Positions 1 to 9,595 of a DNA stretch of 40,820 bases are shown here, piece after piece. The stretch is from a bacterium (GTDB lineage: Bacteria; JADJOY01). The position numbers and the translations under genes are program-made. Under the pieces are notes generated by a model. That model saw nothing but the letters and a program-made list of their open reading frames with translations. It had not been told where the DNA came from and made no database searches. Numbering within the stretch: the stretch's first letter is position 1; each line of letters begins with the position of its first letter. Location: NCBI GenBank assembly GCA_046331705.1, contig JAXLQJ010000063.1, positions 1 through 40,820 on the forward strand, in the 5' to 3' direction.

Positions 1-2
1 AC

Positions 3-1649
3 GATGGGCTCGAGACGATCTTCGCCGGCGGCTTTCCGGAGGCGACCGAGATCGACGATCCCCTCGGCTTCGCCGAAGGCTCGCTCGCGTACGACCTCCG
101 GGTCGCGCCTGGCGCCACCGAGACCGTCGCGATCGCCGTGCCGCGCTCGACCGGTCGGGTCGCGAGCGCGATCCAGGCGCCTGGATGGGCGGACGAACGC
201 TTCGCCGCAGCGCGGGACGCGTTTCGCGCGCGACTCGCCGCGCTCCCCATCGCGCTGCCGCCCGCCGCAGCGCGCTTTCGCGACAGCCTGCGTGCGTCGC
301 TGGGCTGGATCTTGCTCAATCGTGACGGCCCACGCATCCAACCGGGGCCGCGCTGCTACCGGCGCTCGTGGATTCGCGACGGCACGCTCACCGGCACGGC
401 GCTGGCGGAGCTGGGCTTCGTCGACGAAGCGCGCGCGTTTCTGCGCTGGTATGCGCCGTTTCAGCACGCCGATGGCCGCGTGCCTTGCGCCGTGGATCAT
501 GCGGGCATCGACCCCGTGGCCGAGCACGATTCCCACGGTCAGCTCGCGTGGGGTGTGGTGGAGGTCTATCGCCTCTCCGGCGACGCGGGATTCCTGCGCG
601 AGCTCTGGCCGCGTGTCCGGCGGGCCGTGGATGCGATCGCGGCGCTGCGCGCGACCCGACTCGACGAGTCGGCTCGCGCGCGCGGTTGCTTCGGGCTGTT
701 GCCGCAGTCGATCAGCCACGAGGGCTACTCCTCGCAACCCGTGCATTCGTTCTGGGACGACCTCTTCGCGGTTCGCGGCCTCACCGATGCCGCGTACGCG
801 GCGGAGGTGCTCGGAGAGCGCGGCGAGGCCGAGCGCATCGGCTCCCTTCGCGACTCTTTGCGGCGCGACTTGCACGCCGCCGTGGCGGCCACGATCGACC
901 GAGCCGGGATCGACTTCATTCCCGGCTCGGTCGAGCTGGCCGATTTCGATCCCACCTCCACGTCGATCGCGTTCGATCCGTGCGAGGAAGCGGAGCGGTT
1001 CCCCCGGGCGGCGCTCGTCCACACCTTCGAGCGCTACTGGGCCGAGCTCGAGGCGCGACGTGCGGGCCGCGCGCCCAACGATGGTTACACGCCGTACGAG
1101 ATCCGCAACGCCACGGCGCTGCTTCGGCTCGGCTGGAAGGATCGTGCCTTGGCACAGCTCGACTGGCTGCTCGGCGATCAGCGCCCACCAGCCTGGTGCC
1201 AATGGCCGGAGGTCGCGTGGCGCGAGCAGCGCGCAGCACGGTTCCTGGGCGACCTTCCCCACGGGTGGGTCGCGTCGAGCTTTCTGCGCACCGTCCGGCG
1301 CTTGATCGCGTACGAGCGCGAGCGCGACGCCGCACTGGTGCTGGGCGCGGGAATTCCGGCGGAATGGGCCCGCGACCCCGCCGGCGTGCAGGTGCGCGCG
1401 CTGCCGACCCACTACGGAGCGCTGACCGTGACGATCACGGCCACGGCCTCACCGAACGGGGACGGGGAAGTGGTGCGCTTCGCGTTCGAGCCCGGATTGC
1501 GCACCCCGCCCGGCGGAATCGAGCTGGTCTCGCCGCTCGATCGCCCGCTGCGGCGGGTGCTCGTGGAGGGTCGTCCGCTGCTGCTCGCGCCTTCCGAGAC
1601 CCGAGTTCGGCTCTCGTTCGTCCCCACCGCCGTCGACATCCACGTGTGA
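3..1649 (+). CDS. 5'-truncated six-hairpin (alpha/alpha)6 glycoside hydrolase-like protein (family often carrying an N-terminal F5/8 discoidin domain)
   Basis: The frame of ORF 138..1649 stays open back to base 3 (DGLETIFAGG...). Motifs 'IQPGPRCYRRSWIRDG', 'EHDSHGQ', 'SISHEGY', 'YTPYE' and 'GDLPHGW' are typical of six-hairpin glycosidases. Confidence 0.8.
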   Translation, partial: DGLETIFAGGFPEATEIDDPLGFAEGSLAYDLRVAPGATETVAIAVPRSTGRVASAIQAPGWADERFAAARDAFRARLAALPIALPPAAARFRDSLRASLGWILLNRDGPRIQPGPRCYRRSWIRDGTLTGTALAELGFVDEARAFLRWYAPFQHADGRVPCAVDHAGIDPVAEHDSHGQLAWGVVEVYRLSGDAGFLRELWPRVRRAVDAIAALRATRLDESARARGCFGLLPQSISHEGYSSQPVHSFWDDLFAVRGLTDAAYAAEVLGERGEAERIGSLRDSLRRDLHAAVAATIDRAGIDFIPGSVELADFDPTSTSIAFDPCEEAERFPRAALVHTFERYWAELEARRAGRAPNDGYTPYEIRNATALLRLGWKDRALAQLDWLLGDQRPPAWCQWPEVAWREQRAARFLGDLPHGWVASSFLRTVRRLIAYERERDAALVLGAGIPAEWARDPAGVQVRALPTHYGALTVTITATASPNGDGEVVRFAFEPGLRTPPGGIELVSPLDRPLRRVLVEGRPLLLAPSETRVRLSFVPTAVDIHV

Positions 1650-1651
1650 TC

Positions 1652-1671
1652 CGCCCCGATCGATCGGGGCG
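1652..1671. terminator. perfect 20-bp palindrome between convergent genes (possible bidirectional terminator)
   Basis: CGCCCCGATCGATCGGGGCG is its own reverse complement and lies between the stop codons at 1649 and 1684. There is no U-tract. Confidence 0.5.
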
Positions 1672-1683
1672 ACGGTGCGCGGC

Positions 1684-3810
1684 TCAGCGCGGCGGTGCCA
1701 GCGGGAACTGGGTGAACGTGCGGACGACCTCCGAGCTGGGGATGGGTCGCTGGTTCGGATAGGCCCAGTCCCAGAACGGCTGACCGAGCTTTCGGTAGTG
1801 CCAGACCGCCGCGATGTTGAGGTGGCGTTGGGCGCCCTCGGGGACGGCGAAGGCGAACTCGTCGGTGACGGAGCCGCGGTGTGGGATCTGGCGGTCGACG
1901 ATCTCGTGCGCTGCCGCCCACACGCGGTAGCGATCGATGGTCGTGCCGTCCCGATCGAGGAGGCGCCCGCCGAGGGTATGGCTGCCGGCGAGCACGCGTT
2001 GGGATTCGTCGAGCCCGCCGCTTGCGAACACCTCGCGCCCGCTCGCGTCGGTCACGCGGACCTCCAGCCAGGCTTCACCGAGACCCAGCGAGGACGCGGG
2101 GAACGGGTGCCCCATGCCGAGGTTCCGGGTCTCGATGCGGAGCACGGCATCGCTGCCAGCGCTCGGCTGCGCCACGAAGGACGCCCGCATCTCGGCGTAG
2201 AAGAACGCGGCCTTGCGCTCGTCGCCGCCGCGCCGCACGACGTCGCGCCGTCCGTAGAGATCTTCGAGTGTCCGCGCCAGGAATCGGCTCTGCATCCAGC
2301 GCTCGGTGAACGCGGCGTCCTCCTCGAAGCCGAGGAGCCGCAGCACGGTGGTGTTCGCGCCGGGGAAGAGGTGGTTGCGCGGCGTGCCGCCGGGGTCGAG
2401 GACGCGCGACGGGGGCAGGTGGCAATCCACGCAGCGAAGCTCGCGCTCGCGCTCGGGAGGCGCCGTGAACCCGGGCAGCGACGAGGTCTTCTCGGGCGCG
2501 GGTGCCGCCTCGATCACCGGTGATCGCGCATCGGCGGGAACCAGTGGATTGTGGTGACAAGCCAAGCAGAACGCGTCTTCGGCGAGCAGTGGACGCGCGA
2601 AGACGCGTCCGTGGGCACGGGTGTTGAGCTGAATCGCGGTGCGGTCGGCGGCGGTGAGCGGGCGACCGGCCGTCTCCGCCGCCCGAAACGGCGCCAGCGC
2701 GGTGGCGTCGAGGCCGAGGGTCAGACGCGAGCGATCGTGGTCCTCGATCGTCGTGCTGGTGATCGAATGGCAGAAGACGCACGGCAGGTTGGTGCGCGTT
2801 CGGTAGGCCGCGGGCGGTGGTCCCCCGCGAAACAGCGAGCCGGGAATGTGGCAGCCGGCGCAGATCGCTTGCTCGGCGACGCCCTCCTCGGCTGCCAGCA
2901 GGTCGAGGATCGCGTGCATGTGCGGGGTGCGGTACGAGACGTTGTGGCTCGAGTGGCGAAAGCCGTCCTCGAGGTCGGCGTGGCAGCCAGCGCCGAGGCA
3001 GCTCTCGCTGATCTCGAGCCAGCTGGCGTCGACCGGGAAGGGGAGGTCGTCGCGATCGTCGGCGGCGCGCAAGCGGTTGGGAACGACCGAGAGGTGAAGC
3101 GTGACCGGCGCGAGCTTGGGAAGCTGCTCGACGCGCGCGCCGAGGGCGTTCGTGATCGCGGCGGCGAGGGCGAAGATCACCAGCCCGCTGGTCACGCCGA
3201 GGCCGAGCCCGGACTCGCGCAGCCGTCGCCACGCGGGCCTGAGCAGGACCCACGCCCCGGCCCCCGCCGCCGCGTAACCGAGTGCCGCGTGAAACGCGCG
3301 GATCCACGACGGAACGCGGCCGGTGAACGCGTTGCTCGCGATCAGCACGCCGACCAAGGTGGCGAGCAGCCAGAGCGAGAGGAGCGTGAGATGCGCCCAA
3401 CCGCGCCGCGCGCGGGAGAACGCCGCCATCAACGGCACCGTGCGCAGGAAGAAATGCGCCGTGCAGACCACCAGCAACGGGCTCAGCACCGCCGTGAGCA
3501 TGTTGCTGCGTTGCTCCGGCAGGTGGGCCATGGTGAAGGAGCGCACCAACGCCACGAACGCCATGAGCACGAAGCCCGCGAGGTGAATCCAGCCGAACGC
3601 CGGCACTTCCTCGCGGACGCGGTGGAAGAGCGTGACGATGATGGTGCCCGTGGCCAGCAGCCCGAGCAGCGGGTGGACCACGAGATCGAGGCGGAAGAAC
3701 GGCGAGCCCGCGCGGCCAAAGAGGTGATGGAAGCCGGACGCCAAGACCAGCGTGAAGAGCAACGCGTAGCGCGTCACGCGCTGGCGCTGGTTCGAGGCAG
3801 GCGGGGTCAT
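1684..3810 (-). CDS. membrane-anchored pentaheme c-type cytochrome (c554/c552-like), paralog A
   Basis: About 6 N-terminal hydrophobic helices; heme motifs CLGAGCH (CX4CH), CAGCH, CVFCH, CLACH, CVDCH; then 'NHLFPGAN' and a beta-rich C-terminal domain with 'GHPFP'. Confidence 0.85.
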   Translation of the reverse strand: MTPPASNQRQRVTRYALLFTLVLASGFHHLFGRAGSPFFRLDLVVHPLLGLLATGTIIVTLFHRVREEVPAFGWIHLAGFVLMAFVALVRSFTMAHLPEQRSNMLTAVLSPLLVVCTAHFFLRTVPLMAAFSRARRGWAHLTLLSLWLLATLVGVLIASNAFTGRVPSWIRAFHAALGYAAAGAGAWVLLRPAWRRLRESGLGLGVTSGLVIFALAAAITNALGARVEQLPKLAPVTLHLSVVPNRLRAADDRDDLPFPVDASWLEISESCLGAGCHADLEDGFRHSSHNVSYRTPHMHAILDLLAAEEGVAEQAICAGCHIPGSLFRGGPPPAAYRTRTNLPCVFCHSITSTTIEDHDRSRLTLGLDATALAPFRAAETAGRPLTAADRTAIQLNTRAHGRVFARPLLAEDAFCLACHHNPLVPADARSPVIEAAPAPEKTSSLPGFTAPPERERELRCVDCHLPPSRVLDPGGTPRNHLFPGANTTVLRLLGFEEDAAFTERWMQSRFLARTLEDLYGRRDVVRRGGDERKAAFFYAEMRASFVAQPSAGSDAVLRIETRNLGMGHPFPASSLGLGEAWLEVRVTDASGREVFASGGLDESQRVLAGSHTLGGRLLDRDGTTIDRYRVWAAAHEIVDRQIPHRGSVTDEFAFAVPEGAQRHLNIAAVWHYRKLGQPFWDWAYPNQRPIPSSEVVRTFTQFPLAPPR

Positions 3811-3867
3811 GGCGAACGACGGCGGGCGAGGTCGCGGAACGGCCGCGGCGGAGCGAGCGCCATGGCC

Positions 3868-5400
3868 TCAGCTCCGATACTGCGCACGCGAGTGCGCGCC
3901 GCCGGCCATCGCGTCGAGATCGAAATGGTGGATCGGTAAGGCACCTCCCCAGGGCTTCTCGCGCTCGCCGATCCGCGGCATGTGGCACGCCACGCATCCG
4001 GCTTCGCCGCGGCACTCGCTGCGCATGCGAGCCTGGGCGTGCTCCGGCCACGTGAGCCAGCCGCCCAACGCGTCGAGGTCCGCGAGCTCACGGGGCACGG
4101 CGAGGAAGCGATGGCAGCCGACACACACCCGATCGTCGGCGACGCCCGGACCGTGGAGGTCGGCGCGATGCTCGCGCCATCCACCCACCAGCGTCGGCAA
4201 GCTGACCGGGCCGACGAAATAGCTCGCGGGGAACCGAAACGCGTTGGAGCCGTTGCCCGGCACGCGTGCGGCCGGTGCGAGCCCATGGCACACCAGGCAG
4301 GAGATCCCCTCGCGGATCGACTCGGGGGCGACGAGCGGCGCGCCCGGCTCGATCGAGCCGGAGAAGAGCGCGATCGGGTCGTGACAGCCGGCGCAGAGCC
4401 GTGCCGCCGGTAGCCCCGCCGAGCGCACCACGCGCTCCAGCTCGGCTTGGTAGCGCTCGTTGCTGCTCTCGTGATGGGCGGAGCGGCGCCAGTCGGCGAA
4501 CGCCTCGGGATGGCACGGTGCCTGGCCGCAGCCGTTCGACTCGCCCAGCAGCTCGGGCCGAAACGCCGCGCCGCGTGTGGTGTGCGCGGGGCTCGGCCGG
4601 AAGTTGGCCGTGCTGGAGCGGACCATGAAGTCCGGCACGTCGTAGTTGGCCCAACTCGACGGCACCCGGAAGAGACAGGCGAACGCGAGCGGCACGCACG
4701 TCACCGCCAGCGCACCGCAGACGAGCGGACCCGAGAGCATCTCCGAGACCGCGAACGGTTCGACGGGCGGCGGGTGCTCCTCGGCGGCGCGCCGTCGTCG
4801 CACGGAAGCGAAGACGTGGTACGCGAGCAGCGGCAGCGCAACGCCCAAGGTCGCCGTGTGGATCGAGGTCAGCCGTCCACGGATCGTGAGCAGCGCGGGG
4901 ATCGCCGCAACCCAGATCGAGACCTTGAAGAAGAGCCAGCCCGCGCGGGTGGCCCAGCGGTAGGGCGTCGGGTGAGGGGCGAGTGGCGTTCGCAGGTGCC
5001 GGATGAGGTACGGCATGCCGATCAGGAGCGCGTAGCGGGCGGTGGTCTGGTGCACGATGCGGAGGTACACGCCAGGCGGCGTGACCCGGGGCGCGACCCA
5101 GATCAGCATCCCGCTCGCGGCCAGCAGCATCACGCTCGTGAGCATCACGAAGAGCGCGAACTTGCGCCGGCCAGGGCGCGGCGACACCACCAGCCAGAAG
5201 TAGAGGGCGAACAGCAGGAAGTTGGCGGGGGTGTCGATCAGGAAGTACGAGCCGAACGTGAACAGCGTGACGAAGTAGACGGCGTCGAGAAGGCCGAGAC
5301 CTTCGAGGTGGGTGCGGAGCACCCGCGCGAGCCAGACGCCCGCCGCGCGGACTCGGGCGGCGCGCGCTCGTGGTGCGACGGTCTCGGCTTCGCGACTCAT
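3868..5400 (-). CDS. membrane-anchored pentaheme c-type cytochrome, paralog B (no C-terminal domain)
   Basis: N-terminal TM helices; heme motifs CGQAPCH (CX4CH), CAGCH, CLVCH, CVGCH, CVACH; ends shortly after 'HHF'. Confidence 0.85.
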   Translation of the reverse strand: MSREAETVAPRARAARVRAAGVWLARVLRTHLEGLGLLDAVYFVTLFTFGSYFLIDTPANFLLFALYFWLVVSPRPGRRKFALFVMLTSVMLLAASGMLIWVAPRVTPPGVYLRIVHQTTARYALLIGMPYLIRHLRTPLAPHPTPYRWATRAGWLFFKVSIWVAAIPALLTIRGRLTSIHTATLGVALPLLAYHVFASVRRRRAAEEHPPPVEPFAVSEMLSGPLVCGALAVTCVPLAFACLFRVPSSWANYDVPDFMVRSSTANFRPSPAHTTRGAAFRPELLGESNGCGQAPCHPEAFADWRRSAHHESSNERYQAELERVVRSAGLPAARLCAGCHDPIALFSGSIEPGAPLVAPESIREGISCLVCHGLAPAARVPGNGSNAFRFPASYFVGPVSLPTLVGGWREHRADLHGPGVADDRVCVGCHRFLAVPRELADLDALGGWLTWPEHAQARMRSECRGEAGCVACHMPRIGEREKPWGGALPIHHFDLDAMAGGAHSRAQYRS

Positions 5401-5651
5401 GCGCCGTCGCGGTCCTGGCGCGGGTGCGCGATGCGCGGGAGCGGCCGCGAACGCGGCCAGCCCGGTCGCGCGGATCGGGACACGCGGCGGTGCCGCGGTC
5501 GACGCGGGATCGGTCGATGAGGATCCGGATGCAGAGCGAGCCCTGGGCGGCGGGGAGCCGGGGTGCGCGAATTCTGCTCGCTCCGCCGCGATCCGCCAAC
5601 GCGAGGCCGCGACGAGCTCGACGGCGCCAGCCCTTGCGGGTGGCGGCCGGC

Positions 5652-7823
5652 ATGCGCGCGCTCTACGATGGTCGCGCCCCCGCCGCTGGAACGTCTCGCT
5701 CCGCCCGCCACGTGCGCTCGCGCCGCATCGTCCTCTCGCTCTTCGCCGGTCTCGCGCTCGTCGGCGCGACGGGCTTGCCGTTGCTGCTCGATGCCGCGTT
5801 CGACCGTCGCTATTTCCGGTTCGTGATGGTGCACCTGGTGCTCGGGATGGCGCTGCTCCCGATCTACTACTACGTGGTGATCCGCCACTTGGCGGAGATC
5901 CTCGGTCGCTACCGCACCACCGTGCTGATGGTGTTCCTGATCTTGATCACGTTCGGGGGCGGCATCGGTCCGCCGGCGGTTTCGCCGTGGCACAACCCGC
6001 TCTTCTGGCGGATCGGCGTGGTCGAGCTGGCGATCTACGCTTGGCTCCGTCCCGGGCGCCGCATCCTGGCGTGGCGGCTGCCACCGCTACGGCTCTTTCA
6101 GCCTTCCGATCCGGCGCATCGCTCGCTCACGGTGTGGAGCGGGGTGGCGGCGCTGGTCGCGTCGTGGCTGATGATGCACACGGGATTCGCGCTGATCCTC
6201 GCCGATTTCAAGTTCGCCAACGACAAGTACTGGCTGCACGGTCCCGCCACCTTCGCGCTCGCGCCGCTGGTGCCGTTTCACTGGGCGACGCGCGGTCGGC
6301 GCTTCGGCCGGCGGATGAGCGGGGCGACGAAGGGCGGTCTCGGGATGTTGGTGCTCGCGAGCGCCGCGTTGCTCGCGATCTCGCTCGAGAAGAACCTGAA
6401 GCCGCTGGAAGAGCTACGCGGCGACGAGCGCATGCGGGTGGCGACGCTCGGTCCGTCGGCGGTGGTGCCGCCGCCGATCGCACCGGAGGTGGCGGCCGTG
6501 CTCGAGGGGACGGCGCCGTGCCGCGCGTGCCACGACGAGGCCGCCGCGCGCTGGGAGATCTCGAGTCATCGCTTCGCGGGCCTGAATCGCCTCTACCTGG
6601 CGCTCTTGCCGGAGGTCGAGCGCGATCTCGGCGCGGCCGGGGTCCGCTACTGCGACAATTGCCACGATCCGGTGGTGGCGCTCACGGTCCCGCCCGAGCG
6701 GCGCCTCGCTCCGGAGACGCTCGCCCGCAGCGAGGGCGTGTCGTGCAAGGTCTGCCATTACCTCGACGCCGAGGAGCATCCCGCGGGCAACGGAGCGTTC
6801 GGGCTGGTGATGATCCGGGGGCTGGGCTTCCCTGGAGCGGTGCCGAACGCCACCAGCGTGAGCGGCTTCCAGCGCTACCAGGCATCGCTGGACTCGCGGC
6901 TCCACATCCGCTCGGTGCGGCGCCCGCTCTACCGCGAGCCCGCCGCGTGTCGGCCGTGCCACGACATTCGCATCCCCGCGGCCTACAACGGCGCCGCCGA
7001 GCTCGAGCTGACGCCGCTCTTCTCGTCCTACGAGCGCTGGGCGCATCGCGCCGAGGTCCGCTGCCGCGAATGCCACATGACCAACGTGGATCGCGATCGC
7101 ACCGAGTACCGCCAATGGGATCACCGCTTTCCCGGCTCGAACCAAGCGCTGTCGCTGATGGTGCCGGCGCAGTACCGCGAGCAAGCCCGGCGTCTCGACG
7201 AGATCAACGATCGCTTCCTGCGCGGCGACATGCCGAACGCGCACGACACGGAGGACGTCCGCCGCGAGACTCCCCGCGCCGCGCGCGTGCTGTGGGACGG
7301 GACGCATCTGCCGACCACGCTCGCGCTCGAGCCGTACGAGGTGCCCGGCGCGGATGGGTCGCCGGCGGCGCGGCTGCGGGCGCGGGTGACCACCACCAAC
7401 GACGCGATCGGTCACGATTTCCCCGTGGATCTCGCCGACCAGGTCGACGTCTGGCTCGAGCTGAGAGTGGTCGCCGCGGATGGCGCGCTGGTGTACGAGA
7501 GTGGCGCGCTCGACGCCGATCATCGGCTCGCCCCCGACGCGCGCCGGCTCGCCACCGAGTTCGTGGATCGCGACGGCACCGTGCTCGATCAGCACCAGAT
7601 CTGGCGCTTTGCCGGCTCGCGGAACCGCCGCTTCCTCGCCCCGGGGTCGAGCCACGACGAGGTCTTCGAGGTGCCGCTCGCGGGCAGCGAGCAGCGCCCG
7701 CTTCGGGTCAGCGCGCGCTGGCGATTCCGGCGCGTGAATCAGCACATCGCCGATTGGGTGTTCGCGGACGGCACCACGTTTCCGGTGACCGATCTCGCCC
7801 GGGCGGAGGCCACCCTCGATTGA
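5652..7823 (+). CDS. membrane-anchored pentaheme c-type cytochrome, paralog C
   Basis: Start is probably ATG 5652 or GTG 5712, since the ORF start at 5370 overlaps paralog B. TM helices, then CRACH, CDNCH, CKVCH, CRPCH, CRECH, 'DHRFPGSN' and 'GHDFP'. Confidence 0.85.
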   Translation: MRALYDGRAPAAGTSRSARHVRSRRIVLSLFAGLALVGATGLPLLLDAAFDRRYFRFVMVHLVLGMALLPIYYYVVIRHLAEILGRYRTTVLMVFLILITFGGGIGPPAVSPWHNPLFWRIGVVELAIYAWLRPGRRILAWRLPPLRLFQPSDPAHRSLTVWSGVAALVASWLMMHTGFALILADFKFANDKYWLHGPATFALAPLVPFHWATRGRRFGRRMSGATKGGLGMLVLASAALLAISLEKNLKPLEELRGDERMRVATLGPSAVVPPPIAPEVAAVLEGTAPCRACHDEAAARWEISSHRFAGLNRLYLALLPEVERDLGAAGVRYCDNCHDPVVALTVPPERRLAPETLARSEGVSCKVCHYLDAEEHPAGNGAFGLVMIRGLGFPGAVPNATSVSGFQRYQASLDSRLHIRSVRRPLYREPAACRPCHDIRIPAAYNGAAELELTPLFSSYERWAHRAEVRCRECHMTNVDRDRTEYRQWDHRFPGSNQALSLMVPAQYREQARRLDEINDRFLRGDMPNAHDTEDVRRETPRAARVLWDGTHLPTTLALEPYEVPGADGSPAARLRARVTTTNDAIGHDFPVDLADQVDVWLELRVVAADGALVYESGALDADHRLAPDARRLATEFVDRDGTVLDQHQIWRFAGSRNRRFLAPGSSHDEVFEVPLAGSEQRPLRVSARWRFRRVNQHIADWVFADGTTFPVTDLARAEATLD

Positions 7824-7981
7824 TTCGGCGCGCGGACCCTGGCCCGCGCGCCGCGGTGGCGCAGCGGCGCCGGCGGTTGCATTCCCGCGCCGGTGAAGCT
7901 AGTTGAAGCGTGCTCCGCCGTGCCTGGCGGGGCTCACGGGCGGCGCGGCGATCCTCGTCGACGCACGCCACACGAGGTGAC

Positions 7982-8623
7982 ATGAGCGAGTTCCGAATCG
8001 ACCTGCACGTGCTCTCGCGGCTCTCGAACACGCCGAGCAAGCAAATCTCGTCGGCGGATCCGCGCGACATGATTCTGGCCGCCAAGGAAGCAGGATTGGA
8101 TGCGCTGGTGTTCACCGAGTACCAGAAGTTCGAGGGCTGCGAATCGGTCGTCGAGATCGGCCGCGAGCTCGATTTCCCGGTGCTGCGCGGCGCGCTCTAT
8201 TCCTGTCAGGAAGGGCGCGTGTTGCTCTACGGCGTCGTGGACGACGACGCGCTCGACTCGAGCGTGCACTTCAAGGCGATGCAGCTGCTCGACTACATGG
8301 ACTTGAAGGGCGCGCTGGTGATCCCGGCGCACCCGTTCTGCTCGACCCCGGGACTCGGCGTGGGTGACAAGCTCGCGACCTTCCGCGGCATCTCCGGCGT
8401 CGAGGTCCTGTCGGGGCGGCCCGACGTGACGCCCGAGCAGAACACGCGCGCGGCGCAGGTGGCCGCCACGCTCAAGGCGCCGGGGATCGGCGGCTCGGGC
8501 GCCGTCGACCCCAGCCAGGTCGGCAGCGCCTACACGATCTTCCCGGAGCCGATTCGCAGCATGGACGAGCTGGTCGCCGCCATCCGCGCCGGCAAGGGCC
8601 GGCCGGCGGCTCGCGGTCAGTGA
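7982..8623 (+). CDS. PHP-domain protein with degenerate metal-binding motifs
   Basis: GAGGTG precedes ATG 7982. The PHP layout is clear ('IDLHV', 'AAKEAGLDALVFTE', 'IPAHPF', 'GVEVLSG', 'GIGGSGA', 'QVGSAYT') but several ligands are substituted. Confidence 0.8.
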   Translation: MSEFRIDLHVLSRLSNTPSKQISSADPRDMILAAKEAGLDALVFTEYQKFEGCESVVEIGRELDFPVLRGALYSCQEGRVLLYGVVDDDALDSSVHFKAMQLLDYMDLKGALVIPAHPFCSTPGLGVGDKLATFRGISGVEVLSGRPDVTPEQNTRAAQVAATLKAPGIGGSGAVDPSQVGSAYTIFPEPIRSMDELVAAIRAGKGRPAARGQ

Positions 8624-8746
8624 GCACGCGCGGCGCGAGCGGCGGCGGGGGCGCGGCTGCGGCGTGTTACCCTCGATGCTGACGCCCGTCGACGTCGTCG
8701 CGGCTCGCCGCACGCGCCGATTCACCCCTTCGCCGACGATCCCATC

Positions 8747-9574
8747 ATGACGAATCTCGACCTCGCAGCCGATCCTTCCGTCGAAGCGCGTTACCAGAAC
8801 GAGCGGCAGTACTTCGACGCCATCGGCGAGCGGCACGGCGCCGAGATCGCCACCAAGATCATCGACGAGAGCCTCATCCCGCCGAACATGGCGAAGTACG
8901 TCGAGGTCCTCTCGCGCTTCGTCCAGGCCCACGGCAATCCGCAGGACCTGCACTTCCTCGACCTCGGCTGTGGCTACGGGATCATGTCGGTGCTGCTGGC
9001 CCGCCGCGGCGTGCGCGTCACCGCGCTCGACCTGAGCCCCAAGCTGGTCGAGGTGACCAAGCGCCTGTGCGAGCGCAACGGTGTCGCCGATCGCGTCGAG
9101 GCGCGGGTGGGAAGCGCCGAGCAGATCGAGCTCGCGGACCAGAGCGTCGACGCGGTGGCGGGCACCAAGATCCTGCACCACGTGAACGTCGGCGTGACCA
9201 GCCGCGAGGTGTACCGAATCCTGAAGCCCGGTGGGATCGGCGTCTTCTGGGAGCCGACCTACAAGAACCCGCTCTTCGACTTCATGAACCGGCTCACCCG
9301 CGCGATCCCCAATTTCCCGATCGCGGGCACGCGCTACGAGCACGCACTCTCGCGCGGCGAGATCGCCACCATGGGCGAGATCTTCGGTGGGGTTCAGCTC
9401 TACCCGGGACCGTTCGCGTTCTTCAGCCACTTCGCGATCGTGGCCACGCGCGGCAACGGCGGCCCGCTCGTCGATCGATGCGAGAAGATCGACGGCGTGA
9501 TCGACAGGATCTTCCCGTTCCTGCGCCGTTTCTCGTTCCACCAGATCATCGAAGTGAAGCGCCACGCGCGCTGA
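8747..9574 (+). CDS. class I SAM-dependent methyltransferase
   Basis: Motif I 'FLDLGCGYG', 'TALDLS', 'SAEQI', 'ILHH', 'RILKPGG'. Confidence 0.9.
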   Translation: MTNLDLAADPSVEARYQNERQYFDAIGERHGAEIATKIIDESLIPPNMAKYVEVLSRFVQAHGNPQDLHFLDLGCGYGIMSVLLARRGVRVTALDLSPKLVEVTKRLCERNGVADRVEARVGSAEQIELADQSVDAVAGTKILHHVNVGVTSREVYRILKPGGIGVFWEPTYKNPLFDFMNRLTRAIPNFPIAGTRYEHALSRGEIATMGEIFGGVQLYPGPFAFFSHFAIVATRGNGGPLVDRCEKIDGVIDRIFPFLRRFSFHQIIEVKRHAR

Positions 9575-9595
9575 GACCCGCGCTCGCGCGCGGCG

